This document shows positions 38,523 to 48,275 of a stretch of 64,000 nucleotides of DNA, one piece after another. The notes beneath the pieces are model-generated. The model worked only from the letters and a program-made list of their open reading frames with translations, was not told where the DNA came from and searched no databases. A program made the translations under genes and the position numbers. The DNA comes from Acidobacteriota bacterium (GTDB lineage: Bacteria > Acidobacteriota > UBA6911 > RPQK01 > JAJDTT01): assembly GCA_965263035.1 (NCBI GenBank), contig OZ253580.1:2304001-2368000 (forward strand), written 5' to 3'. Every line of letters begins with the position of its first letter. Positions within the stretch are counted from its first letter, which is position 1.

Positions 38523-39611
38523 TCAGTTGGCGGCGTCTCCCAGTTCCTCCAGAAGACCCTTCATCAACAGCGGCCAGACCAGGGTCGCGTCGGCGTGGAC
38601 CTCGGCGTAGCGTCCGCCCTCCTCGGGGGAGACGAATTTACCCCAGCTGACCCCTTCCGTATAGCTGCAGCCCGAGAGCCCGCCCCAATGATCCGGTTCC
38701 GGACAGATGCGGACGCCATACCGAAAACGGGGCGGCGGATGGCGGACCCCCAGGCGGTTCGCGGCCACCTCGAAGTAGGGGCCCACCTGCTGCGCCCAGT
38801 TCCGGGGGACTCCGCCGCCGATGGTGAAGATCCCCAACCGCGGCGCGGCGTCGGCGAACCGAGCGTACTCCTGCAGGTCCAGGAACGGATTGAAGGGAGG
38901 CACGGCCCGGAAGATCTCATCCGGTTCGGCCGTTTCCCGGCCCTCCGGAGAGGCCCGCATCTCCCTTTCCATGGCCCAGTTGGCAAGATCCAGACCGATT
39001 TCGCTGTCGGTAAAGGCGGGTATGAACACCGGGACGGCGCGGCGGAAGGCGCTGGCGAGAATGCCCGGCCCCCGATCCGCCTCGCTCAGCCGCCGGCCCA
39101 GGGACCGGCAAAGTCCGGCCGACGACCAGATTCCCTCCTCCGGCTCCTCCTGGCTCAGGACCGAGTGCAGCAGGTTCTCCACGTCGTCCAGGTTCCGCTC
39201 CATCTCCAGGGTGTCGTAGATCCGGTTGTAGCCCCGGCGGTAGAGGAACTCGTCGGAATGACGGCTCTCGTAGCGATAGTGGACCAATCCCAGAGACTCG
39301 GTGAGCCCGTGGGCGATGAGGGCGCCGGTGGCGACCACCGCGTCCACCCAACCCCGGTCCAGCATGCGGCAGATGATCTGTCCCTGCTTGGCCACGGTCA
39401 TGGCCCCGGAGACGGTCAGGACCACACGGCACTGCTCGTCCCGGATCATCTCCAGGAGAACCTGAAAGGCTTCGCCCAGATTCCGTCCTCCGAAGGCGGT
39501 CCGGGACATGGCCCGAAGCAGTTCGGAAAAGGTGTCGATCTGCTCTATGGGAAGGCTCTCGATGGGGACCAGGCCATCGGATCTGCCGTCGCTGCGCTGG
39601 CGGCTGCTCAT
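38523..39611 (-). CDS. Deoxyhypusine synthase-like protein (probable homospermidine synthase)
   Basis: NRIYD, PAFTDSEIG, GGGVPRN, GGLSG...EGVSWGK, ADAT. Confidence 0.9.
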   Translation of the reverse strand: MSSRQRSDGRSDGLVPIESLPIEQIDTFSELLRAMSRTAFGGRNLGEAFQVLLEMIRDEQCRVVLTVSGAMTVAKQGQIICRMLDRGWVDAVVATGALIAHGLTESLGLVHYRYESRHSDEFLYRRGYNRIYDTLEMERNLDDVENLLHSVLSQEEPEEGIWSSAGLCRSLGRRLSEADRGPGILASAFRRAVPVFIPAFTDSEIGLDLANWAMEREMRASPEGRETAEPDEIFRAVPPFNPFLDLQEYARFADAAPRLGIFTIGGGVPRNWAQQVGPYFEVAANRLGVRHPPPRFRYGVRICPEPDHWGGLSGCSYTEGVSWGKFVSPEEGGRYAEVHADATLVWPLLMKGLLEELGDAAN

Positions 39612-39643
39612 GGTTCAGCCAAGTCTACCAGGAGCGAAAAATC

Positions 39644-39665
39644 GTAGGGGCGACCCTTGTGCCCG
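39644..39665. repeat. GTAG-type REP (partial)
   Basis: GTAGGGGCGACCCTTGTGCCCG. Confidence 0.55.
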
Positions 39666-39811
39666 TTCACATGATCGCGATGCACTGGAGGTGCGACTGC
39701 GAATCGGGGAACCGACGGGGAGAGACAACCAGGGATAGACGCTGTACCATGAGTCCAGTGCGGGAGGCTTCTCCCGCCTTCTCCCGTGGATTCCAACTGG
39801 AGGTTCCTCCC

Positions 39812-40777
39812 ATGCCCTCATTGAAGGTTTCGTTCCTGCCGCTGGTCTTGGCGACGGTGCTCCTCACGTCCACCCTGCCGGCGACGCCCGACACGATCAA
39901 GAAACCTCTGACCCCGCGACAGGTCATGGAGCACCTGGAGGGGCCCATCTTTTCACTGGTGCTGCCCTTCGACACGGAGGGGAACGTGGATCACGGCGCC
40001 ATTCGGAAGATGATCTCCAACGCCATGAAATACGGCGTCCGGATCTTCAACATGACGGGCGGGAACACCAAATACGACTGGACCTCCTACGACGAGATCA
40101 AGGCCGTGACCCGGACTTTCGTCGAGGCGGTGGGCGATCGCGGCATCAGCATGGTCTGCACCAACAATTTCTGGAATTCCCGGTTGATCGACTACCTCCG
40201 GTACGCCGAAGGGCTGGGGGCCGATGCCGTGGAGGTGCTGGCGCCGAAGATGCCGGAGGAGGATATCGTCGAGTATTTCCGGACCGCCGCCGCCAACACC
40301 CGGATGGCCATCTCGGTCAAGAACGTCGGACTCAAGGACAAGACCTGGCGCAAGCTCCTGGAGATCGACTCGGTGGTGGCCATGAAGGAACACGACATCC
40401 GGGAGTACATCTTCCTGGAAGCCAAGTTCGCGGACCGGCTCCGGGTCTACAGCGGCGGCAGCATCTACCGCTTCCTGGCGGCGGCTCCCTACGGCGCCAA
40501 GACCTACTTCGACATCTACGCCATCATCGCCCCCTGGATCGCCAAGGAGTTCTGGGAGGCCTACCAGGCCGGGAACATGGAAAAATGCTACGAGATATCG
40601 AAGAAGTACGACGTCCCCATCATCGAGGCCTTCAGCCTCCCCTTCTTCCACGGCGCCCTGGAGTACTTCGGGCTCGCCAAGCGCCATCTGCGGGCTCCCA
40701 TGAAGCCGTATACCGACGAGCAGATGGGTGAGGTGAAGGCGTTCTTCGAGTCCCTCGGATTGTTCCCGCGGGAATAG
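39812..40777 (+). CDS. DHDPS/N-acetylneuraminate lyase family protein with a signal peptide
   Basis: LPFDTEGNVD, AEGLGADAV, AMKE (Schiff-base Lys position); GGAGG RBS. Confidence 0.75.
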   Translation: MPSLKVSFLPLVLATVLLTSTLPATPDTIKKPLTPRQVMEHLEGPIFSLVLPFDTEGNVDHGAIRKMISNAMKYGVRIFNMTGGNTKYDWTSYDEIKAVTRTFVEAVGDRGISMVCTNNFWNSRLIDYLRYAEGLGADAVEVLAPKMPEEDIVEYFRTAAANTRMAISVKNVGLKDKTWRKLLEIDSVVAMKEHDIREYIFLEAKFADRLRVYSGGSIYRFLAAAPYGAKTYFDIYAIIAPWIAKEFWEAYQAGNMEKCYEISKKYDVPIIEAFSLPFFHGALEYFGLAKRHLRAPMKPYTDEQMGEVKAFFESLGLFPRE

Positions 40778-40791
40778 GGAATATTGTCGAC

Positions 40792-41133
40792 CTAGGTTCC
40801 CAGGAGGACGGCGAGTCCACTCAACACCTCCCGGACTCTCTCCGGTGACAGCCGCCCGATGCGTCGGTCCAACTGGCTTCGATCGACGGTTCGAAGCTGA
40901 GAAACGTTGACGACACTGGACCGGGGAAGTCCACCTTCCCCATGGTCAAGACGCACATTGCCCGGCATTGCCCCGAGTCGGAGATTTGATGTAATCGCCG
41001 CTACGACGGTAGTAGAGATGGCGCTCCGATTAAACCGGTCATGTGGAACTACCAACGCAGGTCGTCTCCCTGCCGGTGCCGAACCCTTGTGGGTGCCAAA
41101 GTGCAGCCAATAGATCTCGCCTTGGCGGATCAC
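40792..41133 (-). CDS. mazF: MazF/PemK toxin
   Basis: QGEIYW, RRPALVV, AAITSN, SVVNVSQLRTVD. Confidence 0.93.
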   Translation of the reverse strand: MIRQGEIYWLHFGTHKGSAPAGRRPALVVPHDRFNRSAISTTVVAAITSNLRLGAMPGNVRLDHGEGGLPRSSVVNVSQLRTVDRSQLDRRIGRLSPERVREVLSGLAVLLGT

Positions 41134-41387
41134 CAACTCTCATCGCTCCAATCGGTTCCGACGACGTCCAAAGCGGCCGCCCCACTTACCTGCTCCCGCC
41201 TCAACTCAGGGTCCGCAAACAACTCATCCAGACACTGGGTCACCTCGGCGTCACGCCGAGCCTGCACGGCTTCCTCCAACACTTGCGTGATAAAACGATT
41301 TCTGGACTCCCGGCGCATACGGGCCATGCGGTCGAGTTCCATGAGCAGTTCCGGGGGAAGGGCAATCGCAGTCTTACGTAGGGGCAT
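41130..41387 (-). CDS. RHH (CopG-like) antitoxin
   Basis: KTAIALPPELL.ELD..A.....SRN; acidic C-terminus; GTGA overlap with mazF. Confidence 0.85.
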   Translation of the reverse strand: MPLRKTAIALPPELLMELDRMARMRRESRNRFITQVLEEAVQARRDAEVTQCLDELFADPELRREQVSGAAALDVVGTDWSDESW

Positions 41388-41523
41388 ATTGTGACTCCTA
41401 TTTGGTAGCAATATAGAGAATACCGAAATCTTTGCCACGACTCAAAGTCACCGTTTACGGTTATGTGCACCATCGCCCAGCGTACTTGTCGGTTCCAGCC
41501 GGAAGTCTCAGGATGTCGCCTAG

Positions 41524-41684
41524 GGAGCCTGCGCCGCAGAAATTGATCTACTGCGAAAGCGGTAGAATCGGTCCATATTTCCCCGATTTCTCGGCGAATA
41601 GAACAACTATGCACCTCAAAATCGAGAAAATCTGGCCTCGATTCCCCACTTTCTCGCTACGATCATTTCTACCGCGCAGACTCC
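41524..41684. mobile_element. MITE family 1, full-length copy (inverted)
   Basis: GGAGCCTGCGCCGCAGA...TCTACCGCGCAGACTCC; TAG on both flanks. Confidence 0.88.
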
Positions 41685-41852
41685 TAGCAGCCCGTGGCAA
41701 AAGTCGTCGCGGCATTCGACCGGGTCTGCATCGTGCGCGGACTGCGTTGCGCCTCGGTCACATAGGGTCGAATATGCTCCCTCACCGCGCCTTGTCCGGC
41801 GGGCGCAGCCCCGGTCTCGGCGCTACGCGGGACTTTCACCACGGACTGCTAG
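41685..41852. mobile_element. MITE family 2, full-length copy abutting MITE 1
   Basis: Terminal inverted repeats TAGCAGCCCGTGGCAAAAGTC...GACTTTCACCACGGACTGCTA; second copy at 27137. Confidence 0.85.
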
Positions 41853-41935
41853 CAGGCGCGTGATCGACGCAGCCAGCGATTCTTCCAGCGGGCTGCTATC
41901 ATTGGCGCTCTGATCCCCATAATGGAGCATCGCCT

Positions 41936-42412
41936 ATGCTTCCCCGTTCCACTTTTCTGAAGACTCCTCTGGTTTTCCTGTTGTCGGCGGCTGGTCTGGG
42001 TTGCGGCGGCGGAGACGCCGCGACCGAGGCGGAGCAGGAGGCTCGCGAAGAGGCATTCCGGCAGTCGATGTCGGGAGTCGTGCTGGAAGGATTCTTCACC
42101 GTCGGCGACGGCGCCAAACTGCGGGAGGAAAGGTACGAGATCGCCAAGGTCTCGAAGCTGGGCGGAGATATCTGGGTCTTTCAAGCCCGGATCCAGTACG
42201 GCAGCCGAGACGTCACGGTGCCGGTGCCGGTGCGAATGGAATGGGCGGGCGATACGCCGGTCCTGAGCCTGACCGAGGTCGCCATCCCCGGACTGGGCAC
42301 CTTCACGGCACGGGTTCTCTTCTACGACGACCAGTACGTGGGCGTCTGGCGCCACGGAGAAGTCGGCGGGCTGCACTTCGGGCGGATTGCTCCCGGCCCG
42401 AACTCGGAATAG
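41936..42412 (+). CDS. Hypothetical lipoprotein
   Basis: Lipobox-like GLGC after a hydrophobic stretch; beta-rich domain. Confidence 0.7.
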   Translation: MLPRSTFLKTPLVFLLSAAGLGCGGGDAATEAEQEAREEAFRQSMSGVVLEGFFTVGDGAKLREERYEIAKVSKLGGDIWVFQARIQYGSRDVTVPVPVRMEWAGDTPVLSLTEVAIPGLGTFTARVLFYDDQYVGVWRHGEVGGLHFGRIAPGPNSE

Positions 42413-42421
42413 GGTCACCCC

Positions 42422-43465
42422 ATGTCGAGACGGATTCGGGTGGCGGCCGGCAGCATCCGGGACCCCAGCGACGACATTCTGACCTTCGCGTCCCAACTGG
42501 GCTGCAGCGGCATCATTCTCAACACGCCCAACCTCAGCGGACGGCCTCCCTTCGGATCCAGCCGGATCGGGTCCACTTACTGGAAAAAGCCGGGAGACAA
42601 CGTGGCCCCTGCCCATTGGGACTACCTGGAGCTGCTGCAGTTGCGGACCCGGGTCGAGTCGTACGGCCTGCGGCTGGAGGGCATCGAGAACACTCCCCTC
42701 CATTTCTACCAGAAGTGCATTCTGGGCCTGCCGGGCCGCGACCAGGAGATCGAGAACTACCAGGAGACGATCCGCAATCTGGGCCGGTCGGGGATCCCCA
42801 TACTGGGCTACCACTGGATGGCCAACAGCGTCTGGCGCACCTCCAAGAGCGAGCCGGCCCGGGGCGGCGCCCGGACCAGCGTTTATGATCACGAGCTGGG
42901 CCGGAACGCTCCCCTGAGCTTCGACCGGGAGTACTCCGAGGAGGAGCTCTGGGCCAACTACGGGTACTTCATCCAGGCGGTCCTGCCCATCGCGCGGGAG
43001 GCGGGCGTCACCCTGGCGCTCCACCCCGACGACCCGCCGGTCGATTCCCTGGGAGGCGTAGCCCGGATCTTCCGGAACCTCAAGGGCTTCCGGCGGGCCA
43101 TGGAAGCGATCGCCCCCGAACCCAACCACAAGCTGGACTTCTGCATGGGGACCTGGGCCGAGATGGGAGTGGATGAGATGTTCGCCGGTCTGCGCTACTT
43201 CGGCGAGCGGGGCCGGATCGCGTACGTCCATTTCCGAAACGTGCGCGGCGCCGTGCCCTGCATCACCGAGACCTTCATCGACGAGGGGGACGTGGACGTG
43301 GTGGAGGTGATGAAACTGCTGGTGGAGATCGGGTTCGACGGTTTCATCATCGACGACCACGTCCCGGAGATGGACGGGGACACGCTCTGGTCACACCGGG
43401 GGCGTGCCTACGCCACCGGCTACATCAAGGGGCTGCTCCGGGCTGTCGAATCCATGACGGCCTGA
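42422..43465 (+). CDS. uxuA: Mannonate dehydratase family protein
   Basis: LALHPDDPP, DFCMGT, VHFRNVRG, ETFIDEG, DHVP. Confidence 0.88.
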   Translation: MSRRIRVAAGSIRDPSDDILTFASQLGCSGIILNTPNLSGRPPFGSSRIGSTYWKKPGDNVAPAHWDYLELLQLRTRVESYGLRLEGIENTPLHFYQKCILGLPGRDQEIENYQETIRNLGRSGIPILGYHWMANSVWRTSKSEPARGGARTSVYDHELGRNAPLSFDREYSEEELWANYGYFIQAVLPIAREAGVTLALHPDDPPVDSLGGVARIFRNLKGFRRAMEAIAPEPNHKLDFCMGTWAEMGVDEMFAGLRYFGERGRIAYVHFRNVRGAVPCITETFIDEGDVDVVEVMKLLVEIGFDGFIIDDHVPEMDGDTLWSHRGRAYATGYIKGLLRAVESMTA

Positions 43466-43478
43466 CCCTGAGAAAAAC

Positions 43479-43506
43479 GTAGGGGCACCCCTTGCGGGTG
43501 CTCTCT
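43479..43506. repeat. GTAG-type REP
   Basis: GTAGGGGCACCCCTTGCGGGTGCTCTCT between convergent genes. Confidence 0.7.
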
Positions 43507-43531
43507 TCCAGCTCATACGGAGGGATGCGCT

Positions 43532-44623
43532 TCAGCTCTGTACAGCAGCGATACGGCCGGTCCGGGCCGATTCGTAGATGGCTTCGATGATGGCCACCGC
43601 CTTCCGGGACTCGGGACCGTCCAACAGGAAACTGTCGTCTCCCTCCAGCCAGTCCACGAACCCACCGATGTTCCCGGTGTGGAGGCTGTAGTCGATGGCC
43701 ATGGGATCGGCGGCTCCCCCGCCGCTACGGGTCTCCTCGGAGAAACGCCGGCGCAAACCTTCGTCCCCGGCCTGCTCCTCGTCGAAGGCCCAGGTGACGA
43801 GCTCGTCTTCCAGCACTTCCGCGGTCCCGCCCCTCCCCGCCAACTGAAGCCGCTTCAGCGAGCCGGGAAACATGGAGGTGGCCCCCAGGATCTGTCCCAG
43901 GGCGCCGCCGCGCAGACGCAAGACGGCCACCGCCGTGTCCTCCACTTCGATCAGGTTGGGGTCGTGACCCCGCTTGGCCGTGAAGGCGAAGATCTCTCGA
44001 ACCGGATTGACCCCCGGGGGCAGATCCGGGATGGCGGCCGAGGCCAGCCACTGGGCCGCGTCGACCCCGTGGATGGACTGGTTCATCATGGCGCCGCCGC
44101 CGTCCAGGTCCAATGTCCCCTGCCAGCGATCAGGCGCGTAGTAGGCGTCATCACGCCACCAGGGCACGTAGGCGTTGACCACGGCCAAGTCGCCGAAGCG
44201 GCCCTGGGCAGCGGCTCCGTGAACCACCCGCAGCACCGGGTTGAATCTCTGGGGAAAGATCCCTCCCAACCGGATCCCGCTCTCGCGGGCCACCTGGATC
44301 ATCCGGTCCACCCGCCGGACGCTGATCTCCAGGGGCTTCTCGCAAAGGACGTGAATACCGCGCCGGGCGCACGCCTCCAGTGGCTCCAGGTGAAACCCGC
44401 TGGGGGTGGCGATGGTGACGAAGTCGGGACGGGCCTCGTCCAGGAGTTCTTCGTAGTCCCGGTACCAGCGGCAGCCGAAGCGGTCGGCGAAGGCCTGTCC
44501 TTTGGCCTCGGTCCGGCAGGAGCCGGCCACCAACTCCAGGTTCTCCAACTCGCCCATGGCCAGGGCATGAATGTCGGCGATGGCGCCGACACCGATGATC
44601 GCCGCCCGGTAGGTCTTGCCCAT
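43532..44623 (-). CDS. Gfo/Idh/MocA oxidoreductase
   Basis: IIGVGAIA, ATPSGFH, LCEKP, GGGAMMNQSIH. Confidence 0.9.
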   Translation of the reverse strand: MGKTYRAAIIGVGAIADIHALAMGELENLELVAGSCRTEAKGQAFADRFGCRWYRDYEELLDEARPDFVTIATPSGFHLEPLEACARRGIHVLCEKPLEISVRRVDRMIQVARESGIRLGGIFPQRFNPVLRVVHGAAAQGRFGDLAVVNAYVPWWRDDAYYAPDRWQGTLDLDGGGAMMNQSIHGVDAAQWLASAAIPDLPPGVNPVREIFAFTAKRGHDPNLIEVEDTAVAVLRLRGGALGQILGATSMFPGSLKRLQLAGRGGTAEVLEDELVTWAFDEEQAGDEGLRRRFSEETRSGGGAADPMAIDYSLHTGNIGGFVDWLEGDDSFLLDGPESRKAVAIIEAIYESARTGRIAAVQS

Positions 44624-44650
44624 GTCTCTTGTCTCCGAAGGACGTGGTCC

Positions 44651-46306
44651 CTATTGAGCCGGGGCCTGGTCGATCCAGGGGTAACCCAATATCAGCCCCG
44701 CCAACGCGAGCAGAGGAATCAGGCAGACGGCCATCTTCAAGAGGATTTGTTGCCTGGAGTCATCCGGCTTCATGAACTTGCAGGCGACAAGGCCCGCAAG
44801 CAAGTTCGCTCCCAGTGCCGTCGGTGAGATCCACTGGAAGCTGATGGCGGTGGTCTCCAGGCCGGTGCCCGCGGCCAGCACTTCGTAGAAGCTTCCGGAG
44901 AATGCGACGAGGACAGCGGTCGTGACCCCGTAGATGGTGCCCACCAGCACTCCGGCGGCCCGTGCGAAGGGAACGAACATGGCGAAGAAGAAGAGGCCGA
45001 AGACAGGAGTCACCAGCAGATTGGTGGTGCGTTGGGTCATGGCCGTGAAGTTTCCGGGAACATGTCCGATGAAGGTGCTTCCCACCACGACGATGGCGCC
45101 CACGGTGAGAGCCAGGATCTGGGCCCAGCGGACGTGCCCTTTCTCCGTCTTGGGCTTCAGGCCGAACCGGTCCACGAAGTCGGTCATGATGACCGCGGTA
45201 ATGGAATTCACTCCCGAGTCGATGCTGGACATGGCCGCGGCGAACATGGCGGAAACCACCAGACCGGTGACGCCCGGCGGCAGGTGGAAGGAGACGAAGC
45301 GGGGGAAGATCTGATCGCCGTTCGTGACCAGGCTCAGGCTGGCCGGAAGCTCATCCGGCCGCTGCTGGAAATATCCCATCAGCGCGAATCCCACCAGCAC
45401 CAGGGTCCCGGCCACTAAGGTGCCGGCGCCCATCTGGGTCAGGTAGGCCTTCTTGGCGGCCCGCGCGTCTCGCGTGGCCATGAATCGCTGGACCGAAACC
45501 TGGTCTCCACCGGCCGTGCAGATCTGCCAGAGGCTGGCGCTGAGTATGGTCCCCAAGACGGTGACCCGCATCCTGGGGTCGAAACTGAACACCGGCTGGG
45601 CGTCCCAGGTGGGCTGCCAACTGGTGGGAAACCAGCTGAATCCTCCGAGTTCGTAGGTCACCAGGCCGATCACCAGCCAGGCCCCGCCGAACAACAGGGT
45701 GAACTGGAGGAAATCGGTGATGACCACCGCCCCCAGGCCTCCCAGAGAGGTGTAGATCACCGAAACGAAACCGGTGACCAGAACCACCAGCGGGATCCAC
45801 TCGTCCCCCACGCCCAACATGACCGTCATGGCCTTGGCGGCGATGTAGACCAGCAGGGACATCCAGACCAGGCGCATGGCGATGAACAGGACCGATCCCA
45901 GCAGCCGGATCCCCAGACCGAGCCGTTCTTCCAGCAACTCGTAGGCGCTGGTGACCCGCTGGCGCATGTAGAGGTTCAGCAACACCCTGGAGACGACCAG
46001 GAACGCCACCGGGTAGGCGCAGAGGTTGGCCACGGTGGCCACGGGCCCTTTGGCGATGGTTTCTCCCGGCATGGAGAGATAGGAGATGGTGCTCAGCAGC
46101 GTGGCGAAGAGGGAGATGCCCACCAGGAACGGGTTCATGGCCCCGCTGCCCACGAAGTACTCGCTGGTGTTCCGCTGCCGGCGGGAGAAGTAATAGCCCA
46201 GGCCGATGGTCGACGAGGCGTAGGTCGCGACGATCAGCCAGTCGATGAGGGTCAGTCCACTTTGTCCAGAGGGGTCCATGGCGTTTGCGGTCCCGAACTC
46301 TACCAT
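44651..46306 (-). CDS. Sodium:solute symporter (SSS family)
   Basis: SLFATLLSTIS, SAYELLEERLG, DQVSVQRF, FAAAMSSIDSG. Confidence 0.92.
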   Translation of the reverse strand: MVEFGTANAMDPSGQSGLTLIDWLIVATYASSTIGLGYYFSRRQRNTSEYFVGSGAMNPFLVGISLFATLLSTISYLSMPGETIAKGPVATVANLCAYPVAFLVVSRVLLNLYMRQRVTSAYELLEERLGLGIRLLGSVLFIAMRLVWMSLLVYIAAKAMTVMLGVGDEWIPLVVLVTGFVSVIYTSLGGLGAVVITDFLQFTLLFGGAWLVIGLVTYELGGFSWFPTSWQPTWDAQPVFSFDPRMRVTVLGTILSASLWQICTAGGDQVSVQRFMATRDARAAKKAYLTQMGAGTLVAGTLVLVGFALMGYFQQRPDELPASLSLVTNGDQIFPRFVSFHLPPGVTGLVVSAMFAAAMSSIDSGVNSITAVIMTDFVDRFGLKPKTEKGHVRWAQILALTVGAIVVVGSTFIGHVPGNFTAMTQRTTNLLVTPVFGLFFFAMFVPFARAAGVLVGTIYGVTTAVLVAFSGSFYEVLAAGTGLETTAISFQWISPTALGANLLAGLVACKFMKPDDSRQQILLKMAVCLIPLLALAGLILGYPWIDQAPAQ

Positions 46307-46311
46307 TTTGG

Positions 46312-46531
46312 TTCGGCGGCTTTCCAGCCGCCGAACAGGAGCGGCGGCTTTCTTGCCGCCGATTAGGGGGGAGGGGGGACGGAGTCCCCACTTTACACTT
46401 TCCCCCCTCTACACTTCCCGCCCACCGAATCGCCTAACAACACGGAAGAGCAGGCGGCAAGAAAGCCGCCTGTCCCAGTGGGCGACAAGAAAGTCGCCCC
46501 TCCCAGCAGGCGACAAGAAAGTCGCCCCTCC
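46312..46531. repeat. REPIN-like composite repeat, copy 3
   Basis: Same architecture and spacer as 8124-8375, with 2 tandem right-hand units. Confidence 0.85.
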
Positions 46532-46618
46532 GGCCGCCCTCCCAAGAAGGCCACAGGGGTTGCCGGTGCTGGTAGACTGTCAGTTTTCGTCCCGGGTCAA
46601 TCCCGTAAAGATTTCTTC

Positions 46619-48250
46619 ATGACGGAAACGTCCAACAGGCCTTCTTCGCCGCGGCAGCCCCACCCGATACATCCCCTGGTCGATCTCTGGACCATTGCCT
46701 GGCCCACCGTCCTGACCATGACCAGCTACACGGTGATGCACTTCGCCGACAAGCTCATGTTGGGGCAGGTGGGGCCGGTGGAGGTGGCCGCCCAAGGGAA
46801 TGGCGGCATCTGGGCGTTCACTCCCATGGCCTTCGCGCTGGGTCTGTTGACTGTGGTCAACACTTTCGTGAGCCAGTCCCGAGGAGCGAACCGCATCCAG
46901 GACGCCCCTCGATACGGCTGGGCCTCACTCTGGCTCAGCGGCGGGATGTGGGTGCTGCTGATGCTTCCCTACGCCCTATTGCTGCAATACGTTTTCCCGT
47001 GGGTCCACGCCGCCCAGCGGGACGAGATTCGACGCGGGTTGGAGGGCGCTTCGGAAGCCGGACTCCTCTCGGTGCAGGCGGACCTGGCGCAGTTGGACAC
47101 TCTGATTCGCATGGAGACCCAGTACGCACAGATTCTCCTGGCCGGATCGATCCTGCTCCTGATCAGCCGAGCCCTTCACCACTATTTCTTCGGGCTCCAA
47201 CGCCCCAAGGTGGCCACCGTCTCCGCCATTTGCGGAAACGCGACCAACGTATTGGTCAACTACGCGCTCATCTTCGGACATCAGGGCGCACCTGGATGGG
47301 GTCTGCCGGGCATCCCCGGGCTGCCCGCCCTGGGTTTGACGGGAGCAGCCCTGGGAACCATCGCCGGTACGTTGGTGGAGTCGGTGATTCCGGTGGTCCT
47401 GTTCCTGGGGCCTTCCATGAACCGGGAGTTGCAGAGCCGGCGCCAGTGGAGACCCCGGAAGGATGCCATTCTGGACCTGCTCCGGATCGGGGTCCCGGCC
47501 GGTATCCAGGTGGGAAACGAAATCGCCTGTTGGGCCATCTTCATGACCCGGCTGGTGGGCGTTTTTGGAACCTACCACCAGACCGCGGGCTGGATCTCCA
47601 TCACCTACATCCATCTCAGCTTCATGCCGGCCCTGGGCCTTTCGGTGGCGGTGACCTCACTGGTGGGCAACTACAAGGGTGCGGGGCAGCCTGAGGTGGC
47701 GGCGGCACGAGCCCGGCTGGGAGTCCTGGTGGGCCTGATCTACATGACCCTGTGCGGAGCCTTCTTCTACGTTTTCCGCTATGAGTTGGTGTCCATCTTC
47801 GTGGGCGGACTCCATCTGGACGCCGCCGAGGCCCGGCAGATCGTGGAGATCGGCGCCACTCTCATGATCTGCGCCGCCATATTCCAGGCCTTCGACGCCT
47901 TCGGGATCATCTACACGGGCGCCCTCCGGGGCGCCGCCGACACGCTCTGGCCCAGCGCCGTCGCCATCTCCTACAGCTGGACCTTCATTCTGGGCGGCGG
48001 ATGGCTCATGACCCGGTACTATCCCCAGCTCGAATCGGTGGGTCCCTGGGTGGCTGCGACGGTATACATCATCCTTCTGGGCGTGACCATGGCCTACCGT
48101 TTCGAATCGGGCCGCTGGCGCTCGCTGCGGATTCTGGAGCCGACGAAGCAGGATGCCGCCCGGATGGCTCCGCTCAGCCCCACGGCACCGGTTTCGGAGC
48201 CGGGAGCCGCCGTGGTAGACATCGCCGAGGAAGTGGGTCGCGTCGACTGA
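46619..48250 (+). CDS. MATE family efflux transporter
   Basis: DKLMLGQVG, VNYALIFG, GALRGAADT; about 12 TM helices. Confidence 0.9.
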   Translation: MTETSNRPSSPRQPHPIHPLVDLWTIAWPTVLTMTSYTVMHFADKLMLGQVGPVEVAAQGNGGIWAFTPMAFALGLLTVVNTFVSQSRGANRIQDAPRYGWASLWLSGGMWVLLMLPYALLLQYVFPWVHAAQRDEIRRGLEGASEAGLLSVQADLAQLDTLIRMETQYAQILLAGSILLLISRALHHYFFGLQRPKVATVSAICGNATNVLVNYALIFGHQGAPGWGLPGIPGLPALGLTGAALGTIAGTLVESVIPVVLFLGPSMNRELQSRRQWRPRKDAILDLLRIGVPAGIQVGNEIACWAIFMTRLVGVFGTYHQTAGWISITYIHLSFMPALGLSVAVTSLVGNYKGAGQPEVAAARARLGVLVGLIYMTLCGAFFYVFRYELVSIFVGGLHLDAAEARQIVEIGATLMICAAIFQAFDAFGIIYTGALRGAADTLWPSAVAISYSWTFILGGGWLMTRYYPQLESVGPWVAATVYIILLGVTMAYRFESGRWRSLRILEPTKQDAARMAPLSPTAPVSEPGAAVVDIAEEVGRVD

Positions 48251-48275
48251 GACGCCGTCTGAGTGACGGTTGCGG

